A DNA stretch of 64,000 nt from contig NC_086108.1 in assembly GCF_963921235.1 (NCBI RefSeq), positions 35,156,001-35,220,000 on the forward strand, written 5' to 3'. The notes under the pieces were generated by a model. The model saw only the letters and a program-made list of their open reading frames with translations. It did no database searches and was not told where the DNA came from. The stretch is from Mobula hypostoma. Taxonomy: Eukaryota. Positions 58,676 through 64,000 of the stretch are shown here, piece after piece. Each line of letters opens with the position of its first letter. Position 1 is the stretch's first letter. The position numbers and the translations under genes are program-made.

Positions 58676-59739
58676 ACATGTAATATATGTCAGTTTAGAC
58701 CTGACAGGCTGCAATGGGTTCCTTCAATATTGTAAGGGAAATGGAAAGTTAAAAGAACAATTTAATTTAGTTGTATGTTGAAGTGCTAATGAAGCAACAA
58801 CATGGAAAGGAGATGTACTTCCATCATGTTCGTGCCCTTGTCAGAATCTGATAGAAATGCAAAATGAAAGGACCAAGAACATAGGATTCATATCCCTGTT
58901 TAGACTAGTTTAAGACTGATACAAAATGGCCCACCATGAACTCTGTATATCATCTGCAGTTCTGCCCCAGGTCGAGTGTTCAAATCAAAACTAAAGGAAA
59001 TCAGTGAGCTTGTTGAAATGACAGAACAACAAACCTTCTCAGAGTTATCGAAGGCAGCTGAACAATGAAACTCCGCGTTCATGCTGCAGGCTGAATTCAG
59101 CTTGCATTCCTGTTCTAGGATTACTTGACATTTGTTGGCCCAAGTCCTCTTTCATTATCGTATTTCATGTTGTGTACATCCTGTCACTCATTATGTAACC
59201 TATCATTTCCTCCCCATGGTTCAGAAACACTGCCTTAATACACCATGCTGACCCCAGTAGAGAAATAGATGCTGATGGCACTAATCACGCTCAGCTTTCT
59301 CTTTTTTAACCTCTTCCCCCTTCCTTCCCCTTTCATCATTCCCAATCACAGGTTCCAATTAATAAGCTACAACTGTTCTACTAATCTTATTATTTCACAC
59401 AGCCCTGGACATTCCAGCAGTCCCTCAGGACTGAGGATGGCTTGGAAGTTGCCTTTCTGTGATTTCTTTTAATGTGAAGTGGCTTAGAATGTAAATACAC
59501 GGGTGCACGCAGATGAACACACATGGTCTCTGCAAGTGCACACTTCCTTCATCTCCATCACACGCTCTGTATCAGCGTGTATGTTTTCTTTCTGTGTCTA
59601 CACACGTGTACACATTTTTGCCCATAACCTGTGCTGTTGCCTCTCCTTCAACACCTCCCCCACAAATCCATCCAATTACCTCTCAGGGTTGGAGTTTTAA
59701 CTTATCTTATAACAGCATTTTATCTGATCTTATTTTAGA

Positions 59740-60275
59740 TTAAGCCTTTCTGTCCTGGAATCATTGTTGTGAACCTGCACTGAACCCTCTCCAGTCCCAC
59801 CACATCCTTTCTTAGAAAAGGGGCTAAAAACTGCTCACGATACTGAAAGTGAAGCTTGACCAGTGCCTAATAAAGCCTCAACATCACATCCTCGCTTTTA
59901 TATTCTGGTCCTTCCAAAATGAATGCTAACGTTGCATTTGCCTTCCTCACCACCAACTCAACCTACAAATTAACTTTTAGGAAATCCTGAATGAGGACTC
60001 CCAAATCCCTTTGCACCTCAGATTTTTGAATTTTTTCTCCATTTATAAAATAGTCTTTGCTTTTATTTCTTTTAACAAAATGCATGACCATACACTTCCT
60101 GACACTATTTTCCACCTGCCACTTCTTTGCCTATTCTCCTAATCTGTTCAAATCCTTCTGTAGCCTCTCTACTTCCTCAGCACAGCCTTCCCCTCCACCC
60201 ATCTTCATATTGTCTGCGAACTTTGCAACAAAGCCATCAATTCCGTCATCCAAATCATTGACCCAGAATGAAAGA
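59740..60275 (-). mobile_element. CR1 RT fragment
   Basis: ORF 60131..60349 VNDLDDGIDGFVAKFADNMKMGG..LQKDLNRLGE. Confidence 0.8.
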
Positions 60276-62694
60276 AGCTCGTTATTTAAATGATAGGCTG
60301 CAGAGTTCTGAGACACAGAGGGATTATGGTGTCCTAGAGCACACTCCACATAAGGCTTATTTGCAAGTACAACTCGTTAATCAGGAAAGCCAACAGAATG
60401 TTATTGTTTGTTTGTTTAGTATTTGCTAGCTCCAGTTTAGCTCTTGTGCAAGTCATCTGATGGGAAACATCCCTGAACCAACACACTACGTTGTTATTCC
60501 TTCTTTTGTACTATTTATTTATTTTGCATTTTATGGTCATTTTATGTCTTTGCCTTGTACTGCTGCCACAAAGTAACAAATTTCATGCATTCCAGATTGA
60601 CTTGGAGATTGTTCCTTGTGGACTTTATGCACCAGATTTAGAGAGCTAGTGGGGCCAGTTGGGACTTGTCTGTGGAGCGGGAGATCGCAGAATGACTTGG
60701 CAACGGTTCCTTATGCACTGTGCATGCCAGTTTTAAAGAGCGAGTAGGCCCTGTCGGGACTTTTCTGGAGGAGTTAATGAGATATGTGAGAAGAATAAAG
60801 AATGGGAATAATGTAAGACTGGAGTAAACGAATGGCAAATAGATAGTGGGTAAGGGGCCTGTTCCCAGGCTGCATCTCTCTGTGACTTCAAGGTGTCCAG
60901 GATCTCGGAGTCACTCAGAATAAATGTTTCTCAGAAATATGGCACTGATGATGAGGAAACCCTTCTTAATATCCATATCAAAGGGCACACTGAGGGAGTG
61001 GAATCATTCTCTTTTGAGGAAGACACTGGATACTTTGTGGGAGCTCTGATGGGGCACTTAGAAACCCAGCAATGTAGATGCAGACTTAATGGGCCAAATG
61101 GCCTAATTTTCCTCTGATATAGTCTTATGGTCTTATGGTCTTACAGTCTCCCAACTCAAAGGGCCTGGACAATTCTTCATTGAATTGAAGCAAGATTTCT
61201 CGGTGTAATTATTCCAGAATACCCAGGAAGAGATCAGACTCAGAGTCAGACCACGTGCTTAAGAAGTCCAAGTGGATGAAATCATTCCTTTGTGAATACA
61301 GTGATTCCCCTGATACTATATTGAAGCAAGACTTGGCAGAGGTTTGTTGTGACCACTTGGAAAGATATTGTGGGAAGGTAAATGGCAGTCCACATGAATT
61401 TGACCTCCACAGAGACATCCGTCCAGGCACCAGACCGTGACAAAAGTCTTCTGGTAGCATCTTGCATATCTTGGTGATGACATCCATGGAGAAGCTGAAT
61501 CCATGAATGTGTTATCAAACAGAGTGATCTAAGTAGGTTGTGGTGGCTCTCAAAACTCTGTGGGAGTGGACTCTTCTTTGCTGGGATGTCTTTGCTTCTT
61601 CTCTTGAGGTTTGAATGGCCATACCAACACCTCCAGTAATGTAGAATTACTAGTGGTGTCACCACTGAGGTGCCCATTGAATAAGCATCTTAGCAGCTAA
61701 AGGCTAGAGATAGCCAGCTCAGTAGATGTGAGTACAATATGTGCAATTTGAACAATATCTGAGCAGCTTACAGGAAGTTTTAAAATTACCCAGTCAAACT
61801 TCCTGATGTCAACAGATTTTTCTTTTAAATGGCAAGAAAAGCAATAAAAAATTGGGCTTTTTTGTTCCTGATTCCAGCCTCTACAGACTGTCTTCAAACA
61901 TACATGATGTTCCCAGTTCAACCGAGATTGCACAAAGATGATTGTATTTGGAGATCTGAAAACCAGTTGGAGCTGGAGATCTCATTTATGTTGATGTGGG
62001 TGAAAGTGGAATCACTCTTTGATGATATCCAAATTGGCATGGATCACAAGCACCGTTCTCTCTGAGCTGTGTGTGAGTGTGGCCTCGCAGTAACTAAAAT
62101 GCTCCTGCGCACATAGCCTTTCTTGTCATGCAGCTGAAACTAGCTTTCATATAATGTGTCATGCTGTTTTCAGGACACATAAAAATTTCCTGCTCAGAGA
62201 AATAATTGGACTGCGCAGCTGTACAAAAAGATTAGAGGGACTGTTGATCACAAGTCGCAATACCCATCCCAATTTTGTACCTTCACCTGGAAGTGTTTGC
62301 AGCAGTATCTATCCATGGTATTATTACATCTTGGAGGATTGACAGTAAAATCAATTCCCAGGCTTATGTGGGATCTCATTCCAACATGAGTATCAATTAT
62401 TATCTAATATCCCTCTTATTTGTCATTCCTCATTATTCACTCATACTGGAGAGCACACTGAGGTTCCTGTCTGGCTTATTTGAGTATGGTTAGGCGCAGG
62501 ATCTCTCTCTCTTGCCCTCCCAATATGCTAAACTAACAGTCCCCAGTAATCTCAAACTGGGGCCCCCTTAGCTGAAGAATTGAATTCACCTAGGCAGCCA
62601 TATAGACTGTTCTTTGCCTTGAATAAAGCACTGAGTGACCATGGGTTAGTGAACTGTGTACTTCAGTCAACAAAGCATCTACCTAATGATATCA

Positions 62695-63230
62695 ACACAC
62701 ACAAAATGCTGGTGAATGCAGCAGGCCAGGCAGCATCTACAGGAAGAAGTACAGTTGATGTTTCGGACCGAGACCCTTCGTCAGGACTAACTGAAAGAAG
62801 AGATAGTAAGAGATTTGAAAGTGAGAGGGGGAGGGAGAGATCCGAAATGATAGGAGAAGACAGGAGGGGGAGGGATGAAGCTGAGAGCTGGGAAGTTGAT
62901 TGACAAAAGGGATACAAGGCTGGAGGAGGGAGAGGATCATGGAACGGGAGGCCTAGGGAGAAAGAAAGGGGGAGGGGAGCACCAGAGGAAAATGGAGAGC
63001 AGGCAAGGAGTTATTGTGAAAGGGATAGAGAGAGAAAAAAGAGAGAGGGAGAAAAGGGGGGTGGGGGGAGAGGAGAGAATAATAAATAAATAAATAAATA
63101 AATGAATGAATGAATGAATGAATGAATGAATGAATGAATAAGGGATGGGGTAAGAAGGGGAGGAGGGTCCTTAACGAAAGTTAGAGAAGTCAGTGTTCAT
63201 GTCATTAGGTTGGAGGCTACCCAGACGGAA
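62695..63230 (-). mobile_element. Penelope-like element 3' terminal region, cut off by the CR1 at 63231
   Basis: Terminus gatgctgcctggcctgctgcattcaccagcattttgtg with a purine-rich tract and the GIY-YIG tail end (ggtagcctccaacctaatgacatgaac). Includes an (AATG)n run. Confidence 0.75.
62752..62788 (-). ncRNA. Minimal type-I hammerhead ribozyme motif in a Penelope terminal repeat
   Basis: Minus strand AGTC-CTGACGA-AGGGTCTCGGTCC-GAAAC-ATC-AACTG. Core boxes intact; G>A changes near the cleavage site. Confidence 0.55.
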
Positions 63231-64000
63231 TAGAACCATAGAAACTACAGCACAGAAACAGGACTTTTGGCCCTTCTTGGCTATGCCGAACCATTTTCTG
63301 CCTAGTCCCACTGACCTGCACATGGACCATATCCCTCCATACACCTCCCATCCATGTATCTGTCCAATTTATTCTTAAATGTTAAAAAAGAACCCGCATT
63401 TACCACCTCGTCTGGCAGCTCATTCCATACTCCCACCACTCTCTGTGTGAAGAAGCCCCCCCTAATGTTCCCTTTAAACTTTTCCCCCCTCATCCTTAAC
63501 CCATGTCCTCTGGTTTTTTTCTCCCCTTGCCTCAGTGGAAAAAGCCTGCTTGCATTCACTCTATCTATACCCATCATAACTTTATATACCTCTATCAAAT
63601 CTCCCCTCATTCTTCTATGCTCCAGGGAATAAAGTCCTAACCTATTCAACCTTTCTCTGTAACTGAGTTTCTCAAGTCCCGGCAACAACCTTGTAAACCT
63701 TCTCTGCACTCTTTCAACCTTATTTATATCCTTCCTGTAATTTGGTGACCAAAACTGAACACAATACTCCAGATTCGGCCTCACCAATGCCTTATACAAC
63801 CTCATCATAACATTCCAGCTCTTATACTCAATACTTCGATTAATAAAGGCCAATGTACCAAAAGCTCTCTTTACGACCCTATCTACCTGTGACGACACTT
63901 TTGGGGAATTCTCTATCTGTATTCCCAGATCCCTCTGTTCCACTGTACTCCTCAGTGCCTAACCATTAACCCTGTATGTTCTACCTTGGTTTATCCTTCC
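63231..64000 (-). mobile_element. Young CR1 LINE 3' part (runs off the window)
   Basis: Uninterrupted ORF 63302..63943 (LYKALVRPNLEYCVQFWSP...FFTQRVVGVWNELP...EGYGPCAGQWD) with an agaaccatagaa tail. Confidence 0.92.

Noticed and set aside
61209..61677. Cluster of overlapping short ORFs upstream of RGS8
   Set aside because: No recognisable family or convincing splice structure; possibly an old repeat.

Overview
Eukaryotic, repeat-dense vertebrate DNA. The repeat repertoire (CR1 LINEs with SGNH-esterase ORF1, Penelope-like elements, Rex1/Babar, V-SINE/HE1-like SINEs) suggests a cartilaginous fish; this is an inference. The only intact host gene I can reconstruct is an RGS8 orthologue on the minus strand. 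It has four coding exons (54225-54125, 50777-50716, 46484-46318, 43327-43127; about 176 aa from MKTRLGCLS), and its last intron has a GC-AG donor. The rest is mostly nested, decayed mobile DNA: CR1, L1, Rex1/Babar, RTE-type, Hero, Penelope with minimal hammerhead-ribozyme motifs, a Gypsy remnant, a solo LTR, Tc1, pogo and hAT. The most interesting items are: an intronless RBM25 mRNA fragment fused to a Gypsy 3' end/LTR; a fold-back Tc1 built from two transposase 3' halves; several Penelope hammerhead copies, one inside an RGS8 intron; candidate alternative RGS8 5' exons; and a TE-free block with paired NF-kB palindromes. No CRISPR, rRNA or genuine tRNA genes were seen, and I cannot support a claim of a wholly new biological system. 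TE boundaries lacking TSD/TIR evidence are approximate.
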